The position numbers were made by a program, and so were the translations under genes. From the NCBI GenBank assembly GCA_002189035.1, contig NEEC01000004.1:186001-250000 (forward strand): a DNA stretch of 64,000 nucleotides. Reading direction: 5' to 3'. Below the pieces are notes generated by a model. The model made no database searches and was not told the DNA's origin. It saw only the letters and a program-made list of their open reading frames with translations. Position 1 is the first letter of the stretch. Each line of letters starts with the position of its first letter. Positions 36,222-49,368 of this stretch are shown piece after piece. The stretch is from Utricularia gibba. Lineage: Eukaryota > Plantae > Magnoliophyta.

Positions 36222-37309
36222 ACTTGATCGGCAGTTTGCAGTTTGGAAGGCAAAAAACAGCACCTGAATGAGAATTTCTGGGGTGATCAACAAGGACAAT
36301 AAAGCGCGCCTATGTAAAAACTAGAGTGTCTTTCAATGTGTGTTGCGCAACCAGCAAAGCTCAAGATCTCATCTCCCAATGCAACACCATTAGAATTAAG
36401 ATAAAAAAAAAGAATTACATTGATAATAATGAGACACTTTATTCATCAATCAATTATTTAATAATGCGGTGTGAAAAGCACATGTATCGTATGTTATAAA
36501 CTCACTTGGGCCATACAATCGGCCCAGACAGAAGTATGTGCAACAAGCCCAGCTATGTGCCCAATATCCCCTACCTCCTGGGGAGGGGGGGAGGTATAGG
36601 GGACCCGACCTTATTCACTACCGCCGCATATTTTAATCAATTAATACATAAATTCGTGGAATATTTAAAAGTTCAACAAACATGATTATATTATTTTTAT
36701 TAAAAGTAGGAAAATTATGTTGTTATAAATTTATTATAAAAGATAATATGTAAAAACACCTTACAAAATAAAAATATTTTTTTCAAGATCAGAATCATCC
36801 AAATGTGAAGTAACTTGAAATATTTCCAAAAAAAGAATAGAAAAACTTGAGATAAACATCTTACTGTATCATAAAAAAACATAACGGCATACCCATAACG
36901 CCTGTGTTGTGTTCCATGCCCAGCATGGAGCAATATAATTGGGAAAGATAAACTCGTATTAAATTTGAAAATAAAATAATTAAATATATAAAAAATTATA
37001 AATTATTAGTCATGTAATGAATTTAATCTTTTAAATATCATCTACGTTAATTGTGTATTTAAACTTAATGTATGCTAATCCTATTCATAAAATATTTAAT
37101 TTCAACATGCCCAAACATATGCAAATGGAATTCTATTTTGCGAATTTAATATCTCAGCCGCCGGCCCCATATATTTAATATTTGATAGGAACCTGTAGGA
37201 ATGATTTATGTTGAAGGTAGATTCATGGGAGCCGCCGGATCCATGATCTCCATGTTGGGGCTTCCGTTCTATAAATGGTGAAGATGGAGCTTCCTTGAAA
37301 CCAAAGAAA

Positions 37310-37537
37310 ATGGGTTCCAAAAGAGTAGTCTTGGCTGGGTTTGTATTACTTGCTGCTTTCCTCATTTCCTGTGAAGTTGCTTCCTCGTGTAAATTTTTTA
37401 GCTCTCTTGAACGCGGAGGATCCAAAGGTGCCGACGACGCATCCGTGCCCTATCCCGAGAGCGAACCCAGATCTCGTCCTCATTTCCACCACGATTTCGC
37501 TCCTCCTCCTCCTGATGATGATTCCAACCAGTTCTAG
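37310..37537 (+). CDS. Small secreted protein (75 aa) with a GRP-type signal leader and a His/Pro/Asp-rich tail
   Basis: TATAAAT at 37270; hydrophobic leader MGSKRVVLAGFVLLAAFLISCEVAS; single open exon. Confidence 0.6.
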   Translation: MGSKRVVLAGFVLLAAFLISCEVASSCKFFSSLERGGSKGADDASVPYPESEPRSRPHFHHDFAPPPPDDDSNQF

Positions 37538-38388
37538 CTGGTGCAGGTTTCTTCAACTTATGCTTCTTCTACCTATCTGGTGTGCCTAGTCTTGTACTCC
37601 AATTAAAAAAGCATAAGAACTTGTCGGTGTGTCGCACTTCTATCATGATGAAATTAACGTTATTGCAAACTTAATTTCACTGCGGCAAACAGTCCATGGG
37701 AGAGGGCTTGTGAATGTGTTGTGTGGTGTGGGAATCTTACTTATCAGCCAGATGTTAAGTAGATTCACCTCTCAATATGGCTAGCACTCCTATTCATTTT
37801 TTTCGTTTTATAGTAAAGAGGAGATTGAGGGGAAAATGTTGAAATTAAAGATATTATGGATCGGATGAATATGTATGTGAAATTCAACTATATCTAAAAA
37901 TGTGAATTATATTAAATTAATTAAACATAATCAATTATTAATGAATTATAATATTTTATATATTTGATCACATCATTTTAGTTGGATAAGAGATTTAATT
38001 TAATGTCCCCTCCCCCTCCCTTGTCAACTGACATTGCTCCGATTAAGAAGTTTTATGTCATTATAATTAATGATTGAGTCATAATTTAATTTTTTTTTTA
38101 TTGAAACTCACACCAACACAAATATATTTTTGCTATTGAAATCCCGACAAATGTATATAAAAAAAAACGTAAATTATATTTAAAAATATTAGATTAAAAA
38201 GATTAATTAATTATGATTTTTTATATGAATTTATTTTATTCTAATGAAAACAGTTAAAAACGAAGGTAAAAAACTGTATAGTTATCAGTCCGGGATTTCG
38301 GTTATTTCATGGACTAATTTACATCGTCCACAGGGAGACCAGCAAACACTTGAGTTTCGGACACGTCCGGAAATCGAGGACGCTAGTG

Positions 38389-40145
38389 CTAGTGCGAGTT
38401 CTCGTCCACGAACTTCTTCCAGTACCAGTGCCGTCTCCAGATCTTGTCCATCTTCTCAATCGGCACGCCCTTCGTCTCCGGCAACAAGAAGAATACGAAC
38501 GCCGTCATCACCGCGATCCACGCCCCGAAGAAGAAGAACACCCCGGATTTCATCTTGCAGAGCATCGCTAGGAACGCCTGTGCGATCACGAAGGACATCA
38601 TAAGGTTTATGGATGCGGCTATGCTCAGCCCTGCCGATCGAATTTCCAGCGGGATGACCTCGCTCGGAATCAAGATGCCCAGCACTCCCACGACAGCCGA
38701 ATGCGGCCACGAAGATGCATATCAGGACCAGAAGAGCTATGGAGTAGGGTTTGCTCAGCGCCCCGTGGTCTCCCAGTTTAGCAGCCATCAGTGATCCTAC
38801 GATCATCTGTCAAACACACGTGATCGGATTCTGAGAAGTGAGTCATCTGCAATTTCAACCATTATATTGACAGAGAAGAGGGCGAGGCGTTACCTCGCAT
38901 ATGAGCATGATGATCCCGCCTATGAGGAAGAGCTTTCGCCGGCCAACCCTGTCGACCATCAGCAATGAGGCAATTGAAGATAGGATGACTCCGAGCCCAA
39001 TGATGACGGAGTTAAACAAGGCGGCTTTCACGTTGGAGCCGAAGGTTCGAAAGAGGAGCGGCGCGTAGAATCCGAGGACGTTTATGCCGGTGAACTGTAG
39101 GAAAAACGGCATGGTGATGGCCATCACCAACTGCGGTCGGTACTTCCGTTGGAAAATGCTCTTGAAGGGGTGCTTAACGGCGGCAGACACTTGGCTGGCC
39201 GCGATGATGTCCTCTAATTCCGCGGTTACGTCTTCGATTCCACGAATTTTCTGCAACAATTTCGTCGCGTTTTCTCGAGTCTCCCCGTTTTCAATGACGT
39301 TGTTCGGAGTCTCCGTGAGAAACAGACCACCTATCATGATCAGCACCGCCGGAGACGCCGCCATTGCCAGTGAAACCCGCCACCCCATCCTTCTTTAATG
39401 CTGTTAGTGAAGTAGTTGATGACGTTTGAAGCCAAAACTCCGATGGCAATACAGAGAAAGAAAACAGAATTCAACGCTCCCCTGTACTTCGCGGGTGCCA
39501 TTTCAGACAAATACAAAGGCGCAGACTGCAGAAGCATAAAGTCGATTAGCCATAGTTGTTTTGTATAAACCCATAGGAGACAAGCAACAGAGCATCAAGT
39601 ACCCACCTGACTTGTAAAACCAATGCCAACTCCCAACATCGCACGCCCAATTATGAGCATGTAAATGTTGACGGCGGCGCCGCAGAGGGCGGCTCCGATG
39701 AGAAAACAAAACCCCCCTATAAGGATCGAGATTTTCCGGCCCAGTTTTCGGGTCACTGGCGAAGCGAAGAAGGAAGAAATGAGGCCCGATAGGTAAAGCG
39801 TAGAAGTGAAAAGAGTGAGAACTTGGCTATCAAATAAGCAGTAGTTGCTGGCCTCTTTGTCTCCCAGAATCTGCTTGAAGATACTCGGAAAGAATTTCTC
39901 CAAAAATGGCACCATTGCAGACACCCCACCTACTCCAAAATTTCTCAGCTTCATCAAATCAATCATAACAAAAACACATGATGACACTTCTGCTTTTCAG
40001 ACAGCATACCCGTTACTCCGAGGTCGTAGCCAAATATGAGGCCGCCGGAGCCAGCCACGACGCAAGAAAGCAACACCATCCCCGTGATCTTGCCTCCATA
40101 CTCGACCCCATCAGCTGCACCAGCGATCGCTACTCCAACAGCCAT
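38389..40145 (-). CDS. Sugar transport protein, STP3/HEX6-like, divergent copy 1 (4 exons, three one-base frameshifts)
   Basis: Exons 40145-40010, 39929-39607, 39525-38894 and 38806-38389. MFS motifs [23 protein letters not shown] and [10 protein letters not shown]. Frame breaks at 39383-39386, 38696 and 38687-38689. Confidence 0.9.
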
Positions 40146-41511
40146 GAGCGATGCCTAGTCCTAGGCTCGGGCTGAGCTGCAACATGCCACACTAACCATA
40201 GACGACTCCATATTTATAAAGTGACATCAACTGCACGTTATTACACAAGGTCAACTTACGCTAATTTAATTCGCTAGGCATATGCATTCCTACACTATTA
40301 ACACTCCTTGACTTTATGAAGAGGCACCCACCCCCTTGTCTTAAATTTTAATGTCCGTTTTCATTACATGTGCATCAGTTGCCATTTTTCCAACTCTTGA
40401 TCTCAGAGTTAATCCCTATGGGAAATGATCAGCAGACAATCCCATGCTTTTTCTTCTTACAGCGGACCATAACTTCGTGCCTCCTATTCCACTATTACTG
40501 AGAGTTGTCGAAAAGAAATTGTGTTCTTCATTTAAAGGGAAAAATGCATTACGTGTACTCTACGACTCAACTAGAGACGATGCCGTGGGGATAAGGCAAT
40601 TAGAGCCATTGGTGATGTCCATTAATGATGCTATCTTTTTTGTTATATTTTTGGCTGAAGCTATGACTTTGCTTCTTCTTTTGAGGTATAAAAGAACTTG
40701 TGTCATGCGACATACGGTGATTGACTTTGTTTTACTCTTAGGAAGTCATTACATTCGACATGTTTATTATGTATGGTTAAGAAAAAGGTTAGGGAATTAA
40801 AGCACTTAAGGGGAATGAGGTTAAAAGTGGCATTTTAAGACACAGGGTTGGCCCTCGGCACAAATCCAAGTTGCAAGTCAAATTTGACGAGTTAGGATAA
40901 AATATAACTCGTTGAATCACGGATTGGATACCAAAACTCGAATCACACAATGAATTAACCTGAATTGAATGATTAAAATACAAGTATTGTATTTATTCTA
41001 ACTAGTACTTATTATAATTTGCGAAGTAAAACAGCATCACAATTAACACAATACAATCTCTACACTTAATTGATGATGGTCATAACTTATAAGTAAATAA
41101 ATATGAGTTGATTGAGATCAAATTTGAATAAAAAAAATATAATACAATTCGTACTCATTAAGTACGAATACGAGTCATTCGGTCAACTTGTACTTGGGCC
41201 GAGGGGTACATGATAAAGAAGAAAGGTAAAAAATTGCATTTCATGTTGGTTTTGTACCTACACTGGGCCTGGTACCTTGGAGTTTGAAGCCTTTGAAGGG
41301 AACTGGTACTGGGCCAATTCATGGCTGAATAGCTAACAACCAAAAGCTCAACAAGACGGCCCAGACATTCTAAACCTTTTTATTACTACAACTGGTCTGT
41401 CTGCACTCTGCATCGCCTATCGGATCAGTGTGAGTTATTAGAAATTTGAAGAGAACGACACACAAGCAACAAAGGCATCAATCGCCATTCTCGGGTAACT
41501 CGCCGGAGAAA

Positions 41512-43211
41512 TCACGTTGCTTCGGACTTCTTACCGTCCTCCAGTATCTCGTTGCCGCCGAGTACTCGTTTCCAGAAAAAATGCTCCCTCCAGATCTTGT
41601 CCATCTTTTCAATGGGGATCCCCTTCGTCTCCGGCAACAAAAAGTAGACAAATATCGACATCAGCAGAACCCACGACGCGAAGAAGAAGAAAATCCCGGA
41701 CTTGAAATGGCACAGCATCGCCAGGAAAGCCTGGGCAATTACAAACGTCATCCACAGATTCACCGCCACCACGATACTCTGCGCCGCAGATCGGATTTCC
41801 AACGGGAAAATCTCGCTCGTCACCACCCACGCCAGCGGACCCCATGAGAGCCCGAATCCGGCGATGTAAATGCACGTCAGAATTACTACGACTAAGGCGT
41901 ACCCTTTATCCATCATTCCATGGTCGCTCAATTTGATCCCCATTAATACTCCCACAAGCGATTGGCAGACAAGCATTTGAATTCCTCCGATGTGGAACAG
42001 CATCCTTCTTCCCAACCTATCCACGAGAATCACGGTGATCAGAGTGAACGTAGAACCGATGATTCCGGTGACGGTGGCGGCTAGAAGAGACGTGCTTTCT
42101 CCGCTTCCGAGTGTGAGGAATAGGATCGGGGCGTAGAAGGCGATGACGTTGATTCCGGTGATTTGCTGGAAGAATGGCATCAGTACGGACATCACCAGCT
42201 GGGGTCTGTATTTCCTCTGCATCAGATTCTTGAATGGTTTTTTAATGGCTTTAGAAGCGTAGCTGGCTGCTATTAGATCTTTTAGTTCTTCGTCTACATC
42301 ATCTGTTCCTCGGATTTTGCGTAACACTTCCTTTGCTTTGTTGTTATCTTTCCCCTGTTCGATCAAGCTGTTGGGTGTCTCTGGCACGAACAAAGCACCG
42401 AATGCGAGAATCAGAGCCGGTACTCCGGCCATCCCTAACGACACCCGCCACCCCCAGCCCCCGCGGATCCTCACCGTGCCGTAGTTTATCAGCGTCGCTA
42501 AATTGTACCCTATGCTCACACATATCTGAAACGCCACGTTGAACGCTCCTCTGTATTTCGACGGCGCCATTTCCGAGAGATACAGTGGTACTGACTGCAG
42601 GGTGGTGACAACAATTAGAGGAGGCGGATAATATAACTTATTTCAACCTGCAAGCTACTGGAAAGGTGATGAGTTTGAGTTGGTCACCAACCTGATTGGT
42701 GAAACCGAGGCCAACACCCAGAAGAATACGACCAAGAATGAGCATGTAAATATTGAGAGCTGCTCCGCCGAAGGCGGCGCCGAACATGTAAGCGATGCCA
42801 CCGATGATGATCGAGATCCGGCGACCGTAGTTTCGGGTCACCGGAGCTGCGAAGAAGGATGAAATAAGGCCGGCGATGTAAAGCGAGGAGGTGAAGCACG
42901 TCAGAAGCTGGCTGTCGAACTTGCAGTAGTTGCTTATCCTCTTGTCCTGTTTCATGTTTCTATAAACTCCCGGAAAAAATTTCTGAAGAAATGGATCCAT
43001 GGAGGTCACTCCCCCTGCAACCACAAATTAACTAAATCATCCCCATGCACAAATCAAGTATAACGAACAGAAAAAGCCCACCCGACACTCCGACGTCGTA
43101 ACCGAAGATTATCCCACCGGAGGCGGCGATCATGCACGACAGGAGCACGAACCATGTGATTCTGCCGTTGTACTGCCGGTCGTCGGCGTTAACGGAGATT
43201 CCCACCGGCAT
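41512..43211 (-). CDS. Sugar transport protein, STP3/HEX6-like, intact copy 2 (3 exons)
   Basis: Exons 43211-43082, 43014-42692 and 42594-41512 are in phase. Motifs FGYDVG, SNYCKFDSQ, FFQQITGIN, SWGPLAW and LPETKG. Confidence 0.95.
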
Positions 43212-45242
43212 CTTTTTTCCGGCGCCGCAAGGTATTTTTCACAAGAAATGTGGAATTTTTACGCTCAATAGAAGGTCGAAACAGCGGGTGAATTTATAGC
43301 AAATTGTCGGACGCCACGTCTGAATTTATGCTTGAATATTATTTTACATATATCACATGGGCTTGGGCCTCAATATATCGAAATAATTAAATGGGCAAAT
43401 AAATATTTACCTTTTAGACCCTTACCCAAAGCGTCCTCTTGGTACGAGGAGTGTATCTCGTTGTCAATGTTTATTGGAAAATAAAAAAAAGTATTTGTAT
43501 AATATTTGTTGTGGAAGCATAAAGTGTTGTAAACAAATCCTAAGAAGGTCTCAATCCTCGATGATTCCAAAGGGATTATTGCTTCTCATTAACAAAATCA
43601 ATGGGATTATTATCTTTTCCAAGTCCTCTTTTTGGATTCCTCAAGCTTTCCCATTCCCGTAGTCATCTCTATTGCGTGCGTTTCTGTCACTTCTTGATGG
43701 CATGCTTTTGATCTCCTGATTTCAATGCGTACTACAGTTTAAAAAGGAATGTGGGTTAGTAGAAATAAGCTTGATTTTTGTATAACTTGTACACTAGAGA
43801 TTCACGTGCATGAATTTCAACAGATTGTGATTGTTTGAAGTGGATCCTAAGCTGAGTTCTCCCTAGAAGAACGAATATTTGTAGCAGTTTTCAATGCTGA
43901 TCAACGTCTCTATTTGCAGGATGGCATCGTGCTTGTTAGAGCCTCCATCTCTCAATGCACAACAGACATGGAAAGAGTGCCTCCTTTTTGTGTTGAGTGT
44001 TGTTGATGGGAAGCTGTGTGCTCAGATTTAGTCCTATTCCATGCGTTTCTCTCCCACACGGATAAAGCAGTGCAGAGGCTGGGGACTACCCCATTACAGC
44101 GAAGTGCATTTCAGGGTTAACCGTCTGGTTCATGGAGAATATATGCTATGCTATGCTTTCTAGATGATGAAAAGTATTCTTTCCCAGAAAAGAGAAGTTG
44201 GGGTCTCACGACTTCTCCTAGCAGTGCTCTTCATTGCATCCACCAATCACGACTTGAGTGAACCATTAGAATTTGGTCTGGTCTGGCTTCATCGTACCAG
44301 AGCATGATCATGGAAACGGACTCCTCTCTGTACCCAGTACGAGCCATGAACTCTGAAAGGTACCCCGCATCTGGGATTGAAGACGAAAGGCCAAGTGGTC
44401 AAAGGCAAAGCACAACAGATTCTGAGAATTTAATTAATGGCTAATATCCCATGGATGGAAAGGAGGAAAAAGTAAAGCACATGCTTCCAGATTCCAATTA
44501 TAATCACTCCCTCCCAAAGCTCTTTAATGTTACCTGTTAATCACTAAAAGGTAGGTAATTATGCCAGAGCTAAAGCTGACTCAAATCTAGGGTTTTCTTA
44601 TCATCTCAGCTCGTCATACCCAGTCTAGGGTTTACTCCCATTCGAGGCATGATTCACTTGATATAGTTAAAGTATGATTTACTTGGTTTATAGGAAAAAA
44701 AACTAAAGATGATAAGCAAACATAATTTGCTGAGATCCAAGAGCTTATTAAAATCACACCACCAAACATTTTGGTATTTGATACTACATCTTTTTTGTGT
44801 GTTTATGGTGCAAATCATTTGTGAATGGCATATGTTCTAACTTTCCCAGTATGAGACATTTGTGTCGTAAACTTTATTCAGACATACGCTTTCTGCATGT
44901 GGATGGGAGCCCCAAACGGCAATCTGGGTTCATTCTGATATCTAAATCAAACCGATAGTATGCTTTCCATCCAGCCGCTTGGTACTTTTGGTTGAACGAA
45001 TTACTGGACATGGGTGTGGATGATGGTGCAGAGGGCCCATACAATTTGGGAGATTTTTAACTCATGTTATCTTCGAAAGGGTATCTGCATCCTTGTCCCA
45101 GTTGAACATCTGAGCTGCACCTCCAGTTTTTCTACATTTGAAATGGATCAAGAAACCAACTTTTTACTCAGCAAAATTGTGCTTTACGGTACTGAAAAAT
45201 GAAGTAGCCATGACAACGTTGTTTAGAAAGGAATGAATCAAA

Positions 45243-47916
45243 CTAAAGTCTTGGATGGCAGTTTGGTTCAGCATTCTGAGAGGAGACCACCCACTCCTTT
45301 AGCGCGCTCGTCAGCTTTCTAAGGTCCGCGCTGGTGTGCGCTGCGCTTAGAGTTACTCGCAGCCTGAAGTGAAGTGATGCCAAAACAAAAACAAATCAAG
45401 ACCCTGATGAGAATACAGGAACACGGGATCCAACGGATGGGGAAGAAGACCCGTTAACCACATTAAAAATTTCGTTCTAGAATATCTCATCTCATGTGTG
45501 GGAGTATTCCTTGTCTCATAAGGAGATAAAGTGTTCAAACTTCAGGGGTAGCTCATGCAATTTGGTATGAAGGTGTATTGGGACAAACCTGCAGGAGTTT
45601 GGCGGTACAGTTGGGGGTCTTATAGCAGTGACATGAAATCCTGATTTGAGAAGGTACCTGTGTTCATGAGATGATGTTAGAATCAATCATGATATCTATC
45701 TTCTCAAAGACAGGGTGCGGAGATGAAATGCAGGGGTAAGAAGATAACTGGCTGGCTTGCAGGGCCTTTTCTTCACTCCCTACAACCATGGAGATGATGT
45801 GGCTTTGCACACGAATTCCAGTCAAGATATGGAATTCCTTTACGCGTTTCCATATTTCATTTCGACGCCATGCTTCCTTCTTTGATACCATGATCGCAGC
45901 TGCATTAGCATACACTAAGGAAACATGGGTACTGTTCTGATCTTGCAAACAATTGTGATAAGAGAATTCTCTAAACTGACCAAGAGATGCAGCAGCAACG
46001 GGAACTGTTGTCGAGGTTGAGAATATGAAAGATCGCCCACGGGATTGGATCAGCAGCTTCCATTTCTTGCTAGAAATCGACAGAATCAAGTAATCACAAA
46101 CAAGTTCATAGTTCGTTGCTCCTTTAATCACATAAATGTTGCCTTTTCAAGAACATTGAAGCAAAAGGACTTTGCATCATAAAAACAGTACACACCTGCA
46201 AGCAATGAAACCACCATGGCACCCAGCAGCTTTACTGAGGGTGCCAACGCAAATGTCTACATCGTTCTCACAGTTGAACATCTCAGCCGCACCTCCGCCA
46301 CTTTCTCCACAAACAAATGTCGCGTGGGCCTACATATTTTAAATGAAAAAGCATTGTAGATTCCGTATGTGCATTAAGAGCCATAGAAGCACCGTAACAG
46401 AATCTCAAAAAACTCACATCATCAATCACAAATAGAAAGCCATGCTTCCTCCGGAGTTTCACAAGTTCAGACATTGGGGCAAAGTCACCATCCATGCTAA
46501 ACAGACTAGCAACAAAGAAAACTGGTCTTAAGCTAGTAAAATTTTTCAAGAAAACGGAATGTAGTGAGCATGAAGTTAAAAAATCACCCATCCATTCTAA
46601 AAGGTGCAAGAACTAACAATTGGCCATTAAGCCTTTGAACTGCCATGAAATGAATGGAGACAAATCTAACCTATCTGTGACAACAACTTTTTTCTTCAAC
46701 GGACATCCCAACCTGTCAAGATTTCAAAACCCAAGTAATAGGTGGAAGTAAACATTAAACTTAATCAAGAAGCACATAATAGGAGATAGCCTACAGTAGA
46801 ACATCAAGATGGTTCATATCGCAATGCTTGTAGACAAAAGTCACTACATTTCCTTGTTTCTCAGCAAGACGAAGCCCATCAATAATTGATGCATGGTTCA
46901 AGGAATCGGAAAAGATAGCCACTCGATCATCTTTTGAAGGTTTTCCATCTGTTAGGAGAGAAGCAACACTTCCTATCGCAGTCATCACAGCCATGTTGGC
47001 TGAAAAGCCGGTTGGACAAAGAAGGCAATCCTAAAAACTAGCATTAGAACGATGATGAAATCAACATGGGATAGCGGGATGCAGATGAATTTAGTAATTT
47101 GGTAAGGAATAAGGTCGAGCACTTGCATTATTCATACTGATTGGCACCGCTATTCTCAAATGATTGGTACCTCTTTTCTTTTCAAATCAGCCAAGCATGA
47201 TTCCAGTAGCCTATGATGATTTGTATATCCACAGATTAAAGCTGAACCTCGTGGACCCATTCCATATTGTTGAGCTGCCTGTATCCAACACAAAGAAGGA
47301 TAAACCATGAATTCTGCATTAGAAGAATGCGCCCTTTCTCATTAAAATCACTCAAGATCAAAAATTTTGCATGCCTTGCTAGCTGCACTACAAATCACTG
47401 GATGCGAGCTCAGTGATAAGTAATCATTTCCAGAGAAAATGATTAGTTTTCTAAGCTTTCCATGAGTTAAACCACCTTCTAAATCATCCGTTCCATTCAC
47501 CTTCACGAAATCGTTGTCATCCCCTGCAACCAAAACTCGGATTCTCAAATTAAGAGCACCATGCAGGAACATTAAACCAAAAATTTGCATTTCTGTCCAA
47601 ACGAAATATCCAAATAGACAAAAAAAAAAATGCAACAACAAAAAATCAAACCTGAACTGGGTACATCATGCAGCCATTTCTGGAACGTGGATTCTGAAAC
47701 CATCACTTCGACGGAGTTCCTATCCCACTTTCGGGGACCATCAAAGAACTGGAGATGTTCACCGTGCTCCAATGGATAGCTTCCAGCGGGAAATGATTCC
47801 GCCTTCCCGGGATTCTGGAGGCAAATGGGGCGAAGTGAGCGCAGAAGTTTGAAACTTTGGAGCTTTGAGATGGCACCATCGAGCCAGTCTTCCCATCGAA
47901 AGTCAGCTGGCTCCAT
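45243..47916 (-). CDS. BIOF: 8-amino-7-oxononanoate synthase (biotin biosynthesis, PLP-dependent)
   Basis: Motifs FSGNDYLSLSSHP, GMGPRGSALICGY, FSDSLNHASIIDG, SLFSMDGDFAP, GFHVTAIRPPTVP and RLRVTLSAAHT. The last exon ends CHPRL-stop at 45243. Confidence 0.93.
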
Positions 47917-49368
47917 CGTCACTCACAAGTCACAACACACCCAATGAGGCAGCAGCCGTACTCTTCACCACGAACACCAATTTTGGGTTCGTTCAGTTCA
48001 AGGCGGTTTTCATCTCTTTTTTATTCTATTTTCTGGTTAAAAAAATTACGCTTTCCATTTTGTTTGTTTTTTTTCCTGTGGGCTCTGCCCTTCAGGATAC
48101 GTTGTCCTCCCGGCCCCGATCAAACACTGTGGCCCAAATATTCTAAATTGGGCTTACAACTTTTCCCTTCTCTAGTAAGTGGCATGAGGCTTTTCCCCTT
48201 CACTTAAAAATACATTAAGCTTATTCATGTTTGGGGTCCTGTCCCACATCATTTCATGAAGCTTGATCTTTATGTGGCATCAGGAGACTGACGTTGCTGT
48301 CTAAGACTGAAAAATGGAGCTTGTTCTTGAATCACTTGTTGTCTCTTTGAACGAGCTTCAGTGCCTGACAATTAATTCTTGCAACAACATGAAGGATTCT
48401 CAAGTGACTCCAACGTTGAAAGACTTGAAAATGGAACCCGTATAAGAAGTTCGTACATCCGTCTAATCTTCAAGGATCCAGCATGGAGGAGGGTTGTAAG
48501 CTCTTCAAGTATTGTTTCAAAACGATGCAGCTGTTCTGATGGACAGAGAATCTTTTGTTCTTTTCTGAAGATCATACAACAAAAAGTGATCAGGCTGCGT
48601 TAAGTCTTGTTCTTTGGTTTAGCGTGCTTCATGGTTTCAAAGCAAGTTTTCCTCCCTGTAGTGCGGAGCAACACAGCTTGATACCTGCTTACAAACTAAA
48701 GCATCACACTACAGAAACACATACTTCTTTTAACAATAAAAAGAGTTGCATATCTGCTTCTTCCTCACCCATACAATTAAGATATGGAATTCCCCCCCAG
48801 TAAATGCCTGGTTTAACATTCACATGACCAGAGTTGAAGCGAGTCATGATGTCAACAAACTGCTTTCATGAAACCGGATAAGTTTGACATACTATACAAC
48901 ACAGAAATCTTTCAGAAATGGTAGCTTGATTGCTCGAAAGATTCTCAAACCCGTAGTTGAGGACACGGAATCAAAAGGTCATCACAACATTGGAAAAAAA
49001 AAACGAACCTTGGAATGCATCAGAAAGCTAATCTAATAGGAAAAAAATGGGGGAAAAGTTTAGAAACTGGAATATGAATTAAGTCCCTAACGAGTAACAA
49101 CTACAATTATCATGATCAAAAAAGTATACAGGCCTCAATCAACGATGTTGTCCTCAAATTATACTCAGATTAACCAGTCAATTATGTGTAACACCTAGTG
49201 TGCACTCAAATCCTTCATCATCCAATGAAGAATCAAGCGAAAAATGAAACTGCCAGCATGCAACAGGGCATGAATATTAATCCACGGCACAATGAACAAA
49301 CTTCATGGACAAAACCTGCTGCAAACGCCTGAAATCAACGGCGCTAAATCAACAGCGGCTGATAATGA

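Noticed and set aside
10800-36602. G-rich tracts at ~10800-10817 and ~36580-36602 as G-quadruplexes
   Set aside because: Isolated short G runs with marginal four-tract geometry and no supporting context; also unreliable given the apparent G-run length errors.
43566-43638. TCCAAAGGGAT, resembling the miR393 5' half, with a partly complementary arm downstream
   Set aside because: Only 11 nt match the mature miRNA and pairing is limited to ~12 bp with wobbles, so there is no credible miRNA/miRNA* duplex.
43660-45240. 1.5-kb stretch with mixed composition, short ORFs, telo-box-like motifs and a C-box-like ATGATGA
   Set aside because: No recognisable protein in the frames examined and no matching D box at snoRNA distance. 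Most simply STP upstream sequence plus BIOF 3' flank.
48241-48251. GTCCCACATCA, a near match to the snRNA-gene USE element
   Set aside because: No correctly spaced TATA box and no recognisable snRNA, 7SL, MRP or telomerase RNA sequence downstream.
49245-49260. TGAAACTGCCAGCATG, similar to miR167
   Set aside because: The 3' end diverges and no complementary star arm is nearby.
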